Below, in pieces: positions 14,587 to 27,337 of a stretch of DNA of 64,000 nt (positions are counted from its first letter, which is position 1; the number at the start of each line of letters is the position of its first letter). The DNA comes from Escherichia coli (GTDB taxonomy: Bacteria > Pseudomonadota > Gammaproteobacteria > Enterobacterales > Enterobacteriaceae). The DNA is taken from assembly GCF_044324785.1 (NCBI RefSeq), contig NZ_CP172127.1, one strand, 5' to 3'. The translations under genes were made by a program, and so were the position numbers. A model generated the notes under the pieces. That model was not told the origin of the DNA, did not search any database, and worked only from the letters and a program-made list of their open reading frames with translations.

Positions 14587-15909
14587 GTGCAACAGATAGC
14601 CCGCTCTGTCGCCCTGGCGTTTAATAATTTACCGCGACCACACCGCGTTATGTTGGGGTCGCTCACCGTTCTTACTCTGGCCGTCGCTGTCTGGCGGCCC
14701 TATGTTTATCACCGCGATGCCACGCCAATTGTCAAAACCATTGAGCTGGAACAGAACGAAATTCGTTCGCTCTTACCTGAAGCCAGTGAGCCGATTGATC
14801 AAGCTGCACAAGAAGATGAAGCCATTCCCCAGGATGAACTGGATGACAAAATCGCCGGTGAAGCGGGCGTGCATGAATATGTTGTTTCCACTGGCGATAC
14901 GCTAAGCAGCATTCTCAATCAGTATGGTATTGATATGGGTGATATCACCCAACTGGCTGCTGCCGACAAAGAATTGCGTAACCTGAAAATCGGTCAACAA
15001 CTCTCCTGGACATTAACCGCGGACGGCGAACTGCAGCGCCTCACTTGGGAAGTGTCTCGTCGTGAAACCCGAACCTATGACCGTACTGCCGCTAACGGTT
15101 TTAAAATGACCAGCGAAATGCAGCAAGGAGAGTGGGTTAACAATCTGCTGAAAGGTACCGTCGGGGGAAGCTTTGTTGCCAGCGCCAGAAACGCCGGTTT
15201 AACCAGCGCTGAAGTGAGCGCAGTGATTAAAGCCATGCAGTGGCAAATGGATTTCCGCAAACTGAAAAAAGGCGATGAATTTGCGGTGTTAATGTCACGA
15301 GAAATGCTTGATGGTAAACGTGAGCAAAGCCAGCTGCTGGGCGTACGTTTGCGTTCAGAAGGTAAAGATTATTACGCAATCCGCGCTGAAGATGGCAAAT
15401 TCTACGATCGTAACGGTACTGGTCTGGCGAAAGGATTCTTGCGATTCCCGACGGCGAAACAGTTCCGTATCTCGTCTAACTTTAACCCGCGTCGTACTAA
15501 TCCGGTGACTGGTCGTGTTGCGCCACACAGAGGTGTTGATTTCGCCATGCCACAGGGTACGCCGGTGCTTTCAGTGGGTGACGGTGAAGTGGTGGTTGCC
15601 AAACGCAGTGGCGCAGCAGGTTATTATGTGGCTATTCGTCATGGTCGCAGCTACACCACGCGTTATATGCACTTGCGCAAGATCCTGGTGAAACCGGGAC
15701 AGAAGGTGAAACGTGGCGACCGTATCGCGCTTTCCGGTAATACCGGACGTTCAACCGGGCCGCATCTGCACTATGAAGTATGGATAAACCAGCAGGCCGT
15801 AAACCCGCTGACGGCAAAACTGCCGCGTACCGAAGGGCTGACCGGCTCCGATCGTCGCGAATTCCTGGCGCAGGCCAAAGAGATTGTGCCGCAGCTACGG
15901 TTTGATTAA
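14587..15909 (+). CDS. mepM: Murein DD-endopeptidase MepM (M23 peptidase, LysM domain)
   Basis: 440-aa ORF, GTG start; M23 motifs HRGVDF and HLHYEV. Confidence 0.9.
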
Positions 15910-15925
15910 TTAACATCCATTCGCA

Positions 15926-15956
15926 GCCGGTACGCAGTCAGTACCGGCTTTTTTTA
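15926..15956 (+). terminator. Rho-independent terminator after mepM
   Basis: gccggtac-gcagtca-gtaccggc hairpin followed by T7 run. Confidence 0.75.
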
Positions 15957-16028
15957 TTTGGTGCGGGGCAAGTTGCGCCGCTACACTATCACCAGATTGA
16001 TTTTTGCCTTATCCGAAACTGGAAAAGC

Positions 16029-17000
16029 ATGGAAACGAAAAAAAATAATAGCGAATACATTCCTGAGTTTGATAAATCCTTTCGCCACACGCGCTACTGG
16101 GGAGCATGGCTGGGCGTAGCAGCGATGGCGGGTATCGCTTTAACGCCGCCAAAGTTTCGCGACCCCATTCTGGCACGGCTGGGACGTTTTGCCGGACGAC
16201 TGGGAAAAAGCTCACGCCGTCGTGCGTTAATCAATTTGTCGCTCTGCTTTCCAGAACGTAGTGAAGCTGAACGCGAAGCGATTGTTGATGAGATGTTTGC
16301 CACCGCGCCGCAAGCGATGGCAATGATGGCTGAGTTGGCAATACGCGGGCCGGAGAAAATTCAGCCGCGCGTTGACTGGCAAGGGCTGGAGATCATCGAA
16401 GAGATGCGACGTAATAACGAGAAAGTGATCTTTCTGGTGCCGCACGGTTGGGCCGTCGATATTCCCGCCATGCTGATGGCCTCGCAAGGGCAGAAAATGG
16501 CAGCGATGTTCCATAATCAGGGCAACCCGGTTTTTGATTATGTCTGGAACACGGTGCGTCGTCGTTTTGGCGGTCGTCTGCATGCGAGAAATGATGGTAT
16601 TAAACCATTCATCCAGTCGGTACGTCAGGGCTACTGGGGATATTATTTACCCGATCAGGATCATGGCCCAGAGCACAGCGAATTTGTTGATTTCTTTGCC
16701 ACCTATAAAGCGACGTTGCCCGCGATTGGTCGTTTGATGAAAGTGTGTCGTGCGCGCGTTGTACCGCTGTTTCCGATTTATGATGGCAAGACGCATCGCC
16801 TGACGATTCAGGTGCGCCCACCGATGGATGATCTGTTAGAGGCGGATGATCATACGATTGCGCGGCGGATGAATGAAGAAGTCGAGATTTTTGTTGGTCC
16901 GCGACCAGAACAATACACCTGGATATTAAAATTGCTGAAAACTCGCAAACCGGGCGAAATCCAACCGTATAAGCGCAAAGATCTTTATCCCATCAAATAA
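16029..17000 (+). CDS. lpxM: Lipid A myristoyltransferase
   Basis: 323-aa ORF recognised as LpxM/MsbB. Confidence 0.93.
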   Translation: METKKNNSEYIPEFDKSFRHTRYWGAWLGVAAMAGIALTPPKFRDPILARLGRFAGRLGKSSRRRALINLSLCFPERSEAEREAIVDEMFATAPQAMAMMAELAIRGPEKIQPRVDWQGLEIIEEMRRNNEKVIFLVPHGWAVDIPAMLMASQGQKMAAMFHNQGNPVFDYVWNTVRRRFGGRLHARNDGIKPFIQSVRQGYWGYYLPDQDHGPEHSEFVDFFATYKATLPAIGRLMKVCRARVVPLFPIYDGKTHRLTIQVRPPMDDLLEADDHTIARRMNEEVEIFVGPRPEQYTWILKLLKTRKPGEIQPYKRKDLYPIK

Positions 17001-17026
17001 AAAAAGCCTCTCGCGAGGAGAGGCTT
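17001..17026 (-). terminator. Hairpin terminator (T-run on minus strand) in lpxM/pykA convergent spacer
   Basis: agcctctc-gcgag-gagaggct stem with A5 on plus side (U-run for minus-strand transcript). Confidence 0.5.
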
Positions 17027-17084
17027 CCGCCGTGTGATAAGTTCAAGTTTGCTTCAGAAGATTCGAAATCTGTTGAACTATCAT

Positions 17085-17128
17085 TGAACTGTAGGCCGGA
17101 TGAGGCGTTTTCGCCGCATCCGGCAACG
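17085..17128. repeat. REP element
   Basis: gtaggccggatgaggcgttttcgccgcatccggca matches REP consensus. Confidence 0.7.
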
Positions 17129-17131
17129 TAC

Positions 17132-18574
17132 TTACTCTACCGTTAAAATACGCGTGGTATTAGTAGAACCCACGGTACTCATCACGTCGCCCTGGGTGAC
17201 AATCACCAGGTCACCAGACATCAAGTAACCTTTATCGCGCAGCAGATTAACCGCTTCGCTGGCAGCTGCTACGCCGTCATTAGCGCTATCGAAGTGCACC
17301 GGCGTAACGCCGCGATAGAGAGCAGTCAGGTTCAGCGTACGTTCATGACGTGACATGGCGAAAATCGGCAGACCGGAGCTGATACGGGAGGTCATCAGCG
17401 CGGTACGACCCGATTCGGTCATGGTGATGATCGCCGTAACGCCTTTCAGGTGGTTAGCCGCGTACATTGCTGACATGGCAATAGCTTCTTCCACATTGTC
17501 GAACTGCACGTCCAGACGGTGTTTAGAAACGTTGATGCTCGGGATTTTTTCCGCACCCAGGCAAACGCGCGCCATGGCTGCAACAGTTTCTGAAGGATAC
17601 TGACCAGCAGCAGTTTCTGCGGACAGCATCACAGCGTCAGTACCATCCAGAACGGCGTTTGCTACGTCCATGACTTCTGCACGCGTCGGCATCGGGTTAG
17701 TAATCATTGACTCCATCATCTGGGTCGCCGTGATTACTGCGCGGTTAAGCTGACGCGCACGACGGATCAATGCTTTCTGAATGCCGACCAGTTCCGGATC
17801 GCCAATTTCCACACCGAGGTCGCCGCGAGCAACCATTACCACGTCAGAGGCGAGGATGATGTCATCCATTGCATCCTGGCTGCAAACGGCTTCCGCACGT
17901 TCAACCTTGGCAACAATTTTCGCATCACATCCTGCATCGCGTGCCAGCCGACGGGCATAGTTCAGATCTTCGCCGCAGCGTGGGAAGGAGACAGCCAGGT
18001 AATCTACGCCAATTAACGCCGCAGTCTTAATGTCTGCTTTGTCTTTTTCGGTCAGCGCTTCAGCCGACAAACCGCCGCCAAGTTTGTTGATACCTTTATT
18101 GTTGGAGAGGGGACCACCGACGGTCACTTCGGTGAACACTTTCATACCCTGAACTTCCAGTACTTTTAACTGAACGCGACCATCGTCCAGCAGCAGGATG
18201 TCACCAGGCACAACGTCAGCAGGCAGGCCTTTGTAGTCGATACCGACTTTTTCTTTGTCGCCTTCACCTTTACCCAGGTTGGCGTCGAGCAGGAATTTAT
18301 CCCCGATATTGAGGAAAACTTTGCCTTCTTTAAAGGTGGATACACGGATTTTGGGCCCCTGGAGGTCACCCAGAATAGCCACATGACGCCCCAGTTTTGC
18401 GGCAATCTCACGAACTTTATCCGCGCGCATTTTGTGATCTTCAGGCGAGCCGTGAGAAAAGTTCATACGTACAACGTTTGCACCCGCTGCGATAACTTTT
18501 TCAAGGTTATTATCGCGATCTGTTGCTGGGCCTAACGTGGTAACGATTTTTGTTCTGCGAAGCCTTCTGGACAT
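17132..18574 (-). CDS. pykA: Pyruvate kinase II
   Basis: ORF 17132..18715 trimmed to ATG at 18574 (480 aa, [19 protein letters not shown]...). Confidence 0.93.
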
Positions 18575-18701
18575 GTAATACTCCGTTGACTGAAACAACC
18601 AGGTGTTGCTTGAACATGAAATCCGAATGAAATAACGCCGCGATGGCGATAAATTAATCTCATTCGGATGTCGTATAAGATTAGAACAGTGACAGTCGCT
18701 T

Positions 18702-19571
18702 TTAGCGATCGTCACTTAAATTAAGTAACTGCTTATCAAAACGCGATTCCTTCAGCGCTTCCTTGACCCGCTTCAAGTTATCTCTGAATTTTGCACCGCG
18801 TCGCAAAGTAAATCCTGTCGCCAGCACATCTATCACGGTCAGCTGTGCAAGTCGAGAAACCATGGGCATATAAATGTCAGTATCTTCCGGTACGTCGAGG
18901 GTAATTGCCAGCGTTGCTTCCCGGGCGAGCGGGGTACCCGCAGAGGTGAGGGCAATCACCATGGCGTCGTTTTCGCGAGCCAGCTGCGCCAGCTCGACCA
19001 GATTTTTTGTTCTTCCAGTGTGAGAAATCAGCACCACCACGTCTCCGTCGCTACAATTCATACAACTCATGCGTTGCAGCACGATATCATCGGAGTACAC
19101 CACCGGAACATTAAAACGAAAGAACTTATTCATCGCATCGTGGGCAACGGCGGCTGAAGAGCCTAATCCGAAAAAGGCGATTTTTTTTGCCTGAGTGAGC
19201 AAGTCGACGGCGCGGTTGATGGCAGATTTATCCAGTGAATGACGGACATGATCGAGCGTTGCCATTGCGGACTCAAATATTTTCCCCGTGTATGATTCAA
19301 CGCTGTCATCTTCATTGACGTTGCGATTAACATAGGGAGTGCCATTCGCCAGACTTTGTGCCAGATGAAGTTTAAAATCAGGAAAACCGCGCGTGTCCAT
19401 GCTGCGACAGAAACGATTCACCGTCGGTTCGCTAACATTGGCTTCCAGCGCCAGAGCAGCAATACTCGAATGGATCGCGTTATCGGGCGAAGCCAGAATG
19501 ACCTCGGCAACTTTGCGCTCTGATTTGCTCAAATGTTCCAGCTGAGACTGGATTTTTTCCAGCATATTCAT
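18702..19571 (-). CDS. hexR: RpiR-family transcriptional regulator HexR
   Basis: 289-aa ORF, HTH + SIS domain; divergent from zwf. Confidence 0.92.
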
Positions 19572-19908
19572 GATGTAAAGAGACTCACGGGTAATGACGA
19601 TTTCCGCACTGAAAGAAATCGAAATGCAGTTTTGTCAGATATTACGCCTGTGTGCTGTGTTAATGACAAAAGCAGATAAAAAAGTTGTTATTTTTTTTCA
19701 TAACATGATCAGTGTCAGATTTTTACCCAATGGAAAACGATGATTTTTTTATCAGTTTTGCCGCACTTTGCGCGCTTTTACCGTAATCGCACGGGTGGAT
19801 AAGCGTTTACAGTTTTCGCAAGCTCGTAAAAGCAGTACAGTGCACCGTAAGAAAATTACAAGTATACCCTGGCTTAAGTACCGGGATAGTTAACTTAAGG
19901 AGAATGAC

Positions 19909-21384
19909 ATGGCGGTAACGCAAACAGCCCAGGCCTGTGACCTGGTCATTTTCGGCGCGAAAGGCGACCTTGCGCGTCGTAAATTGCTGCCTTCCCTGTA
20001 TCAACTGGAAAAAGCCGGTCAGCTCAACCCGGACACCCGGATTATCGGCGTAGGGCGTGCTGACTGGGATAAAGCGGCTTATACCAAAGTTGTCCGCGAG
20101 GCGCTCGAAACTTTCATGAAAGAAACCATTGATGAAGGTTTATGGGACACCCTGAGTGCACGTCTGGATTTTTGTAATCTCGATGTCAATGACACTGCTG
20201 CATTCAGCCGTCTCGGCGCGATGCTGGATCAAAAAAATCGTATCACCATTAACTACTTTGCCATGCCGCCCAGCACTTTTGGCGCAATTTGCAAAGGGCT
20301 TGGTGAGGCAAAACTGAATGCTAAACCGGCACGCGTAGTCATGGAGAAACCGCTGGGGACGTCGCTGGCGACCTCGCAGGAAATCAATGATCAGGTTGGC
20401 GAATACTTCGAGGAGTGCCAGGTTTACCGTATCGACCACTATCTTGGTAAAGAAACGGTGCTGAACCTGTTGGCGCTGCGTTTTGCTAACTCCCTGTTTG
20501 TGAATAACTGGGACAATCGCACCATTGATCATGTTGAGATTACCGTGGCAGAAGAAGTGGGGATCGAAGGGCGCTGGGGCTATTTTGATAAAGCCGGTCA
20601 GATGCGCGACATGATCCAGAACCACCTGCTGCAAATTCTTTGCATGATTGCGATGTCTCCGCCGTCTGACCTGAGTGCAGACAGCATCCGCGATGAAAAA
20701 GTGAAAGTACTGAAGTCTCTGCGCCGCATTGACCGCTCCAACGTGCGCGAAAAAACCGTACGCGGGCAATATACAGCGGGCTTCGCCCAGGGCAAAAAAG
20801 TGCCGGGATATCTGGAAGAAGAGGGCGCGAACAAGAGCAGCAATACAGAAACCTTCGTGGCGATCCGCGTCGACATTGATAACTGGCGCTGGGCCGGTGT
20901 GCCATTCTACCTGCGTACTGGTAAACGTCTGCCGACCAAATGTTCTGAAGTCGTGGTCTATTTCAAAACACCTGAACTGAATCTGTTTAAAGAGTCTTGG
21001 CAGGATCTGCCGCAGAATAAACTGACTATCCGTCTGCAACCTGATGAAGGCGTGGATATCCAGGTACTAAATAAAGTTCCTGGCCTTGACCATAAACATA
21101 ACCTGCAAATCACCAAGCTGGATCTGAGCTATTCAGAAACCTTTAATCAAACGCATCTGGCAGATGCCTATGAACGTCTGCTGCTGGAAACCATGCGTGG
21201 TATTCAGGCACTGTTCGTACGTCGCGATGAAGTGGAAGAAGCCTGGAAATGGGTAGACTCCATTACTGAAGCGTGGGCGATGGACAATGATGCGCCGAAA
21301 CCGTATCAGGCCGGAACCTGGGGACCCGTTGCCTCAGTGGCGATGATTACCCGTGATGGTCGTTCCTGGAATGAGTTTGAGTAA
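19909..21384 (+). CDS. zwf: Glucose-6-phosphate 1-dehydrogenase
   Basis: 491-aa ORF; NADP-binding [10 protein letters not shown]; recognised Zwf. Confidence 0.97.
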   Translation: MAVTQTAQACDLVIFGAKGDLARRKLLPSLYQLEKAGQLNPDTRIIGVGRADWDKAAYTKVVREALETFMKETIDEGLWDTLSARLDFCNLDVNDTAAFSRLGAMLDQKNRITINYFAMPPSTFGAICKGLGEAKLNAKPARVVMEKPLGTSLATSQEINDQVGEYFEECQVYRIDHYLGKETVLNLLALRFANSLFVNNWDNRTIDHVEITVAEEVGIEGRWGYFDKAGQMRDMIQNHLLQILCMIAMSPPSDLSADSIRDEKVKVLKSLRRIDRSNVREKTVRGQYTAGFAQGKKVPGYLEEEGANKSSNTETFVAIRVDIDNWRWAGVPFYLRTGKRLPTKCSEVVVYFKTPELNLFKESWQDLPQNKLTIRLQPDEGVDIQVLNKVPGLDHKHNLQITKLDLSYSETFNQTHLADAYERLLLETMRGIQALFVRRDEVEEAWKWVDSITEAWAMDNDAPKPYQAGTWGPVASVAMITRDGRSWNEFE

Positions 21385-21463
21385 TATCTGCGCTCATCCT
21401 TTATGGTTATTTTACCGGTAACATGATCTTGCACAGATTGTAGAACAATTTTTACACTTTCAG

Positions 21464-21497
21464 GCCTCGTGCGGATTCACCCACGAGGCTTTTTTTA
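21464..21497 (+). terminator. Rho-independent terminator after zwf
   Basis: gcctcgtg...cacgaggc hairpin followed by T7. Confidence 0.75.
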
Positions 21498-21618
21498 TTA
21501 CACTGACTGAAACGTTTTTGCCCTATGAGCTCCGGTTACAGGCGTTTCAGTCATAAATCCTCTGAATGAAACGCGTTGTGAATCATCCTGCTCTGACAAC
21601 TCAATTTCAGGAGCCTTT

Positions 21619-23430
21619 ATGAACCCACAATTGTTACGCGTAACAAATCGAATCATTGAACGTTCGCGCGAGACTCGCTCTGCTTATCTCGCCCGGATAG
21701 AACAAGCGAAAACTTCGACCGTTCATCGTTCGCAGTTGGCATGCGGTAACCTGGCACACGGTTTCGCTGCCTGCCAGCCAGAAGACAAAGCCTCTTTGAA
21801 AAGCATGTTGCGTAACAATATCGCCATCATCACCTCCTATAACGACATGCTCTCCGCTCACCAGCCTTATGAACACTATCCAGAAATCATTCGTAAAGCC
21901 CTGCATGAAGCAAATGCGGTTGGTCAGGTTGCGGGCGGTGTTCCGGCGATGTGTGATGGTGTCACCCAGGGGCAGGATGGAATGGAATTGTCGCTGTTAA
22001 GCCGCGAAGTGATTGCGATGTCTGCGGCGGTGGGGCTGTCCCATAACATGTTTGATGGTGCGCTGTTCCTCGGTGTGTGCGACAAGATTGTCCCGGGTCT
22101 GACGATGGCAGCCCTGTCGTTTGGGCATTTGCCTGCGGTGTTTGTGCCGTCTGGACCGATGGCAAGCGGTTTGCCAAATAAAGAAAAAGTGCGTATTCGC
22201 CAGCTTTATGCCGAAGGTAAAGTGGACCGCATGGCATTACTGGAGTCAGAGGCCGCGTCTTATCATGCGCCGGGAACATGTACTTTCTACGGTACTGCCA
22301 ACACCAACCAGATGGTGGTGGAGTTTATGGGGATGCAGTTGCCAGGCTCTTCTTTTGTTCATCCGGACTCTCCGCTGCGCGATGCTTTGACCGCTGCAGC
22401 TGCGCGCCAGGTTACGCGCATGACCGGTAATGGTAATGAATGGATGCCGATCGGTAAGATGATCGATGAGAAAGTGGTGGTGAACGGTATCGTTGCACTG
22501 CTGGCGACCGGTGGTTCCACTAACCACACAATGCACCTGGTGGCGATGGCACGCGCGGCCGGTATTCAGATTAACTGGGATGACTTCTCTGACCTTTCTG
22601 ATGTTGTACCGCTGATGGCACGTCTCTACCCGAACGGTCCGGCCGATATTAACCACTTCCAGGCGGCAGGTGGCGTACCGGTTCTGGTGCGTGAACTGCT
22701 CAAAGCAGGCCTGCTGCATGAAGATGTCAATACGGTGGCAGGCTTTGGTCTGTCTCGTTATACCCTTGAACCATGGCTGAATAATGGTGAACTGGACTGG
22801 CGGGAAGGGGCGGAAAAATCACTCGACAGCAATGTGATCGCTTCCTTCGAACAACCTTTCTCTCATCATGGTGGGACAAAAGTGTTAAGCGGTAACCTGG
22901 GCCGTGCGGTTATGAAAACCTCTGCCGTGCCGGTTGAGAACCAGGTGATTGAAGCGCCTGCGGTTGTTTTTGAAAGCCAGCATGACGTTATGCCGGCCTT
23001 TGAAGCGGGTTTGCTGGACCGCGATTGTGTCGTTGTTGTCCGTCATCAGGGGCCAAAAGCGAACGGAATGCCAGAATTACATAAACTCATGCCGCCACTT
23101 GGTGTATTATTGGACCGGTGTTTCAAAATTGCGTTAGTTACTGATGGACGACTCTCCGGCGCTTCAGGTAAAGTGCCGTCAGCTATCCACGTAACACCAG
23201 AAGCCTACGATGGCGGGCTGCTGGCAAAAGTGCGCGACGGGGACATCATTCGTGTGAATGGACAGACAGGCGAACTGACGCTGCTGGTAGACGAAGCGGA
23301 ACTGGCTGCTCGCGAACCACACATTCCTGACCTGAGCGCGTCACGCGTGGGAACAGGACGTGAATTATTCAGCGCCTTGCGTGAAAAACTGTCCGGTGCC
23401 GAACAGGGCGCAACCTGTATCACTTTTTAA
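21619..23430 (+). CDS. edd: Phosphogluconate dehydratase (Entner-Doudoroff)
   Basis: 603-aa ORF; ILVD/EDD family. Confidence 0.97.
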   Translation: MNPQLLRVTNRIIERSRETRSAYLARIEQAKTSTVHRSQLACGNLAHGFAACQPEDKASLKSMLRNNIAIITSYNDMLSAHQPYEHYPEIIRKALHEANAVGQVAGGVPAMCDGVTQGQDGMELSLLSREVIAMSAAVGLSHNMFDGALFLGVCDKIVPGLTMAALSFGHLPAVFVPSGPMASGLPNKEKVRIRQLYAEGKVDRMALLESEAASYHAPGTCTFYGTANTNQMVVEFMGMQLPGSSFVHPDSPLRDALTAAAARQVTRMTGNGNEWMPIGKMIDEKVVVNGIVALLATGGSTNHTMHLVAMARAAGIQINWDDFSDLSDVVPLMARLYPNGPADINHFQAAGGVPVLVRELLKAGLLHEDVNTVAGFGLSRYTLEPWLNNGELDWREGAEKSLDSNVIASFEQPFSHHGGTKVLSGNLGRAVMKTSAVPVENQVIEAPAVVFESQHDVMPAFEAGLLDRDCVVVVRHQGPKANGMPELHKLMPPLGVLLDRCFKIALVTDGRLSGASGKVPSAIHVTPEAYDGGLLAKVRDGDIIRVNGQTGELTLLVDEAELAAREPHIPDLSASRVGTGRELFSALREKLSGAEQGATCITF

Positions 23431-23466
23431 GACGACAAATTTGTAATCAGGCGAGAGAAAACTCTG

Positions 23467-24108
23467 ATGAAAAACTGGAAAACAAGTGCAGAATCAATCC
23501 TGACCACCGGCCCGGTTGTACCGGTTATCGTGGTAAAAAAACTGGAACACGCGGTGCCGATGGCAAAAGCGTTGGTTGCTGGTGGGGTGCGCGTTCTGGA
23601 AGTGACTCTGCGTACCGAGTGTGCAGTTGACGCTATCCGTGCTATCGCCAAAGAAGTGCCTGAAGCGATTGTGGGTGCCGGTACGGTGCTGAATCCACAG
23701 CAGCTGGCAGAAGTCACCGAAGCGGGTGCACAGTTCGCAATTAGCCCGGGGCTGACCGAGCCGCTGCTGAAGGCTGCTACCGAAGGGACTATTCCTCTGA
23801 TTCCGGGGATCAGCACTGTTTCCGAACTGATGCTGGGTATGGACTACGGTTTGAAAGAGTTCAAATTCTTCCCGGCTGAAGCTAACGGCGGTGTGAAAGC
23901 CCTGCAGGCGATCGCGGGTCCGTTCTCCCAGGTCCGTTTCTGCCCGACGGGTGGTATTTCTCCGGCTAACTACCGTGACTACCTGGCGCTGAAAAGCGTG
24001 CTGTGCATCGGTGGTTCCTGGCTGGTTCCGGCAGATGCGCTGGAAGCGGGCGATTACGACCGCATTACTAAGCTGGCGCGTGAAGCTGTAGAAGGCGCTA
24101 AGCTGTAA
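23467..24108 (+). CDS. eda: KDPG / KHG aldolase
   Basis: 213-aa ORF recognised as Eda. Confidence 0.97.
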
Positions 24109-24113
24109 AAGTC

Positions 24114-24143
24114 AAAATGCCCGATCGAGGATCGGGCATTTTT
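24114..24143. terminator. Bidirectional rho-independent terminator between eda and purT
   Basis: A4-tgcccgatc-gagg-gatcgggca-T4: hairpin flanked by A and T runs. Confidence 0.8.
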
Positions 24144-24162
24144 GTAGCGTTTTTCGCCGGGG

Positions 24163-25341
24163 TTAAGCTTGTACTTTTATCTGTGCTGCGGCGTGCTTTG
24201 CGCGCTCAATCGCTTCATCAACACTCTCTGCAGTAGCCAGTGCCACCCCCAGACGACGGCTGCCATCAATTTCCGGCTTACCAAATAAACGAATCTGTAG
24301 GCCTGCGCCTACGGCATTCTGCACATTATCAAACGTGACATTCTGACTGGTCAGTTGTGGCAGGATAACGGCAGAAGCTGCAGGACCATACTGACGGATC
24401 CCGCCAACCGGAAGTCCGAGGAAGGCACGTACATGCAGGGCAAACTCCGAGAGATCCTGAGAAATTAACGTCACCATCCCGGTATCATGTGGGCGAGGGG
24501 AGACCTCACTGAAAATCACCTCATCACCACAGACAAACAGCTCGACACCAAACAGACCATAACCGCCCAGTGCCAGCACCACTTTACGGGCAATCTCTTG
24601 CGCACGCTCCAGAGCAAGCGGGCTCATTTGCTGTGGTTGCCAGGATTCACGGTAGTCGCCATCTTCCTGGCGATGACCTACCGGTGCACAGAAATGGACG
24701 CCATCCACCGCGCTGACGGTTAGCAGGGTAATTTCGAAGTCAAACTTAACGACGCCTTCAACAATTACGCGGCCCGCTCCGGCGCGACCGCCTTGCTGAG
24801 CGTACTCCCATGCCTGAGCAAGTTGCTCTGCAGAGCGAATAAACGTCTGCCCCTTGCCGGAGGAACTCATCACCGGTTTAACAATACAGGGGTAGCCAAT
24901 GGCGGCAACCGCCTCGCGGAAAAGGTTTTCGCTATCGGCAAAACGATAAGTGGAAGTGGGCAGCTGCAGCTCTTCTGCCGCCAGGCGACGAATACCCTCG
25001 CGATTCATCGTTAATTTCGTTGCGCGAGCGCAGGGGACAACATTCAGCCCTTCCTCTTCAAGTTGGATCAGCATATCGGTGGCAATAGCTTCGATCTCCG
25101 GCATGATATAATGTGGTTTTTCCAGTTCAACCACACGGCGTAATGCATCACCATCAAGCATATTAATGACATGGGAGCGATGCGCGACATGCATGGCTGG
25201 TGCGTCGGCATAGCGATCAACGGCAATCACTTCTACGCCGAGACGCTGACACTCGATTGCCACTTCTTTACCCAGTTCACCGGAGCCTAATAACATCACG
25301 CGAGTTGCTGCCGGACGCAGCGCAGTGCCTAATAACGTCAT
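24163..25341 (-). CDS. purT: Formate-dependent phosphoribosylglycinamide formyltransferase
   Basis: 392-aa ATP-grasp protein recognised as PurT. Confidence 0.95.
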   Translation of the reverse strand: MTLLGTALRPAATRVMLLGSGELGKEVAIECQRLGVEVIAVDRYADAPAMHVAHRSHVINMLDGDALRRVVELEKPHYIMPEIEAIATDMLIQLEEEGLNVVPCARATKLTMNREGIRRLAAEELQLPTSTYRFADSENLFREAVAAIGYPCIVKPVMSSSGKGQTFIRSAEQLAQAWEYAQQGGRAGAGRVIVEGVVKFDFEITLLTVSAVDGVHFCAPVGHRQEDGDYRESWQPQQMSPLALERAQEIARKVVLALGGYGLFGVELFVCGDEVIFSEVSPRPHDTGMVTLISQDLSEFALHVRAFLGLPVGGIRQYGPAASAVILPQLTSQNVTFDNVQNAVGAGLQIRLFGKPEIDGSRRLGVALATAESVDEAIERAKHAAAQIKVQA

Positions 25342-25378
25342 AACGAATATCCCCTGATTAATTCCGCGCGCAGTATAA

Positions 25379-25394
25379 ACGAAAACGTTTGCGC
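25379..25394. promoter_or_regulatory. PurR operator (PUR box) upstream of purT
   Basis: acgaaaacgtttgcgc; reverse complement GCGCAAACGTTTTCGT matches PUR box consensus ACGCAAACGTTTTCNT. Confidence 0.7.
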
Positions 25395-25437
25395 GTGTCT
25401 TTATTGCTGATGTTGATTTCCCAACCGAAAAGAAATA

Positions 25438-25457
25438 TACTGTATAAAATCACAGTT
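25438..25457 (+). promoter_or_regulatory. LexA (SOS) box upstream of yebG
   Basis: TACTGTATAAAATCACAGTT, near-perfect CTGT-N8-ACAG LexA box about 20 bp upstream of yebG. Confidence 0.85.
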
Positions 25458-25474
25458 ATTATGAGAGGCTGCAA

Positions 25475-25765
25475 ATGGCGGTTGAAGTTAAATACGTAGT
25501 CATTCGTGAGGGCGAAGAGAAAATGTCGTTTACCAGCAAAAAGGAAGCCGATGCTTATGACAAAATGCTTGATACGGCGGATCTGCTTGACACCTGGCTG
25601 ACAAATTCTCCAGTGCAAATGGAAGACGAGCAACGTGAAGCCCTTTCGCTATGGCTGGCAGAACAAAAAGATGTGCTGAGCACCATTCTGAAAACCGGCA
25701 AATTACCGTCCCCACAGGTCGTCGGTGCTGAATCCGAAGAGGAAGATGCCTCACACGCGGCCTGA
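25475..25765 (+). CDS. yebG: DNA damage-inducible protein YebG
   Basis: 96-aa ORF preceded by LexA box. Confidence 0.9.
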   Translation: MAVEVKYVVIREGEEKMSFTSKKEADAYDKMLDTADLLDTWLTNSPVQMEDEQREALSLWLAEQKDVLSTILKTGKLPSPQVVGAESEEEDASHAA

Positions 25766-25783
25766 AGCAACTTGCGCTCCTGA

Positions 25784-26188
<405 letters not shown>

Positions 26189-26514
26189 TGGCCTCTGATA
26201 ATTCGATTGACCGTCGGCGGATGCGGCGCGAGTGCCTGGTCCGCCCTACAAGGCACCTCAATCGGAGGCCTGAGAAGACGCAACAGCGTCGCATCGGGCA
26301 ATCAGCATCAAACAATGCCACTCAAAACGTCAAATTACTTTCACCTAAAATACCCTTATCACCTGATATACAGTGAACACCTTACCTGGCGCGAATTTCT
26401 TTGAATAACGGCCTGCCGACCCGCTTATTTGCGCATCTTTTGTCTCGATATACATTTTCTGACATCCTCATCCGCTATGCTACAGGCACTAAAAATGGTT
26501 ATTGAGGAGCAAAT

Positions 26515-27174
26515 ATGGCTAACTGGTTAAATCAACTGCAATCCCTGCTTGGGCAAAGCAGTTCTTCTACCTCCTCGTCTGCGGATCAGGGATTGGGCAA
26601 ACTTTTAGTGCCTGGCGCATTAGGCGGACTGGCTGGGCTGCTGGTCGCAAATAAATCAGCACGTAAACTTCTTACGAAATATGGCACCAACGCGTTGCTG
26701 GTTGGCGGCGGAGCGGTAGCGGGTACGGTGCTGTGGAATAAATACAAAGATAAAATTCGCGCGGCGCATCAGGACGAACCGCAGTTTGGCGTGCAGAGTA
26801 CGCCGCTGGATGAGCGTACGAAACGTTTGATCCTTGCGCTGGTCTTTGCCGCTAAAAGTGATGGTCATATTGATGCCAAAGAACGTGCGGCAATCGACCA
26901 GCAATTGCGTGAAGCCGGCGTGGAAGAGCAGGGGCGTGTACTCATTGAGCAGGCAATCGAACAACCGCTGGATCCACAACGCCTGGCTACCGGGGTCCGC
27001 AATGAAGAAGAGGCGTTGGAAATCTATTTCCTGAGCTGCGCGGCTATTGATATTGACCATTTTATGGAACGCAGTTACCTGAATGCACTGGGTGACGCGC
27101 TGAAAATCCCGCAGGATGTTCGTGAAGGCATTGAACGCGATCTCGAACAGCAAAAACGCACTTTGGCGGAATAA
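26515..27174 (+). CDS. yebE: Inner membrane protein YebE (DUF533)
   Basis: 219-aa ORF recognised as YebE. Confidence 0.9.
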   Translation: MANWLNQLQSLLGQSSSSTSSSADQGLGKLLVPGALGGLAGLLVANKSARKLLTKYGTNALLVGGGAVAGTVLWNKYKDKIRAAHQDEPQFGVQSTPLDERTKRLILALVFAAKSDGHIDAKERAAIDQQLREAGVEEQGRVLIEQAIEQPLDPQRLATGVRNEEEALEIYFLSCAAIDIDHFMERSYLNALGDALKIPQDVREGIERDLEQQKRTLAE

Positions 27175-27306
27175 TTCCGCTCTCTGGATAGCCTGAAGTT
27201 GACGATTTCGGGCTATCCAGAACCGCACAGCCATTTGAGCAGGCTGATTTTCTCTGTCTGCATAACATTCGATATCCGCGCCATTACCTGTCATCATGTG
27301 ACTGCT

Positions 27307-27326
27307 CCCCGCCCTGTCGGGCGAGG
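27307..27326. repeat. Right-end subterminal hairpin of the IS (CCCCGCCC-tgtc-GGGCGAGG)
   Basis: Imperfect palindrome 12 nt past the tnpB stop codon; near-identical copy at the other end. Confidence 0.65.
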
Positions 27327-27337
27327 CTTCCCACTTC

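Noticed and set aside
17132-18715. Extended 527-aa pykA ORF and other N-terminally extended track ORFs (yecN, nudB, yebC, znuA, exoX, holE, yebW, yebV, letB, msrC, prc, yebQ, mntP, pdeD, yoaC)
   Set aside because: Extensions arise from upstream in-frame TTG/GTG/ATG codons without SD; trimmed to internal starts matching expected protein N-termini.
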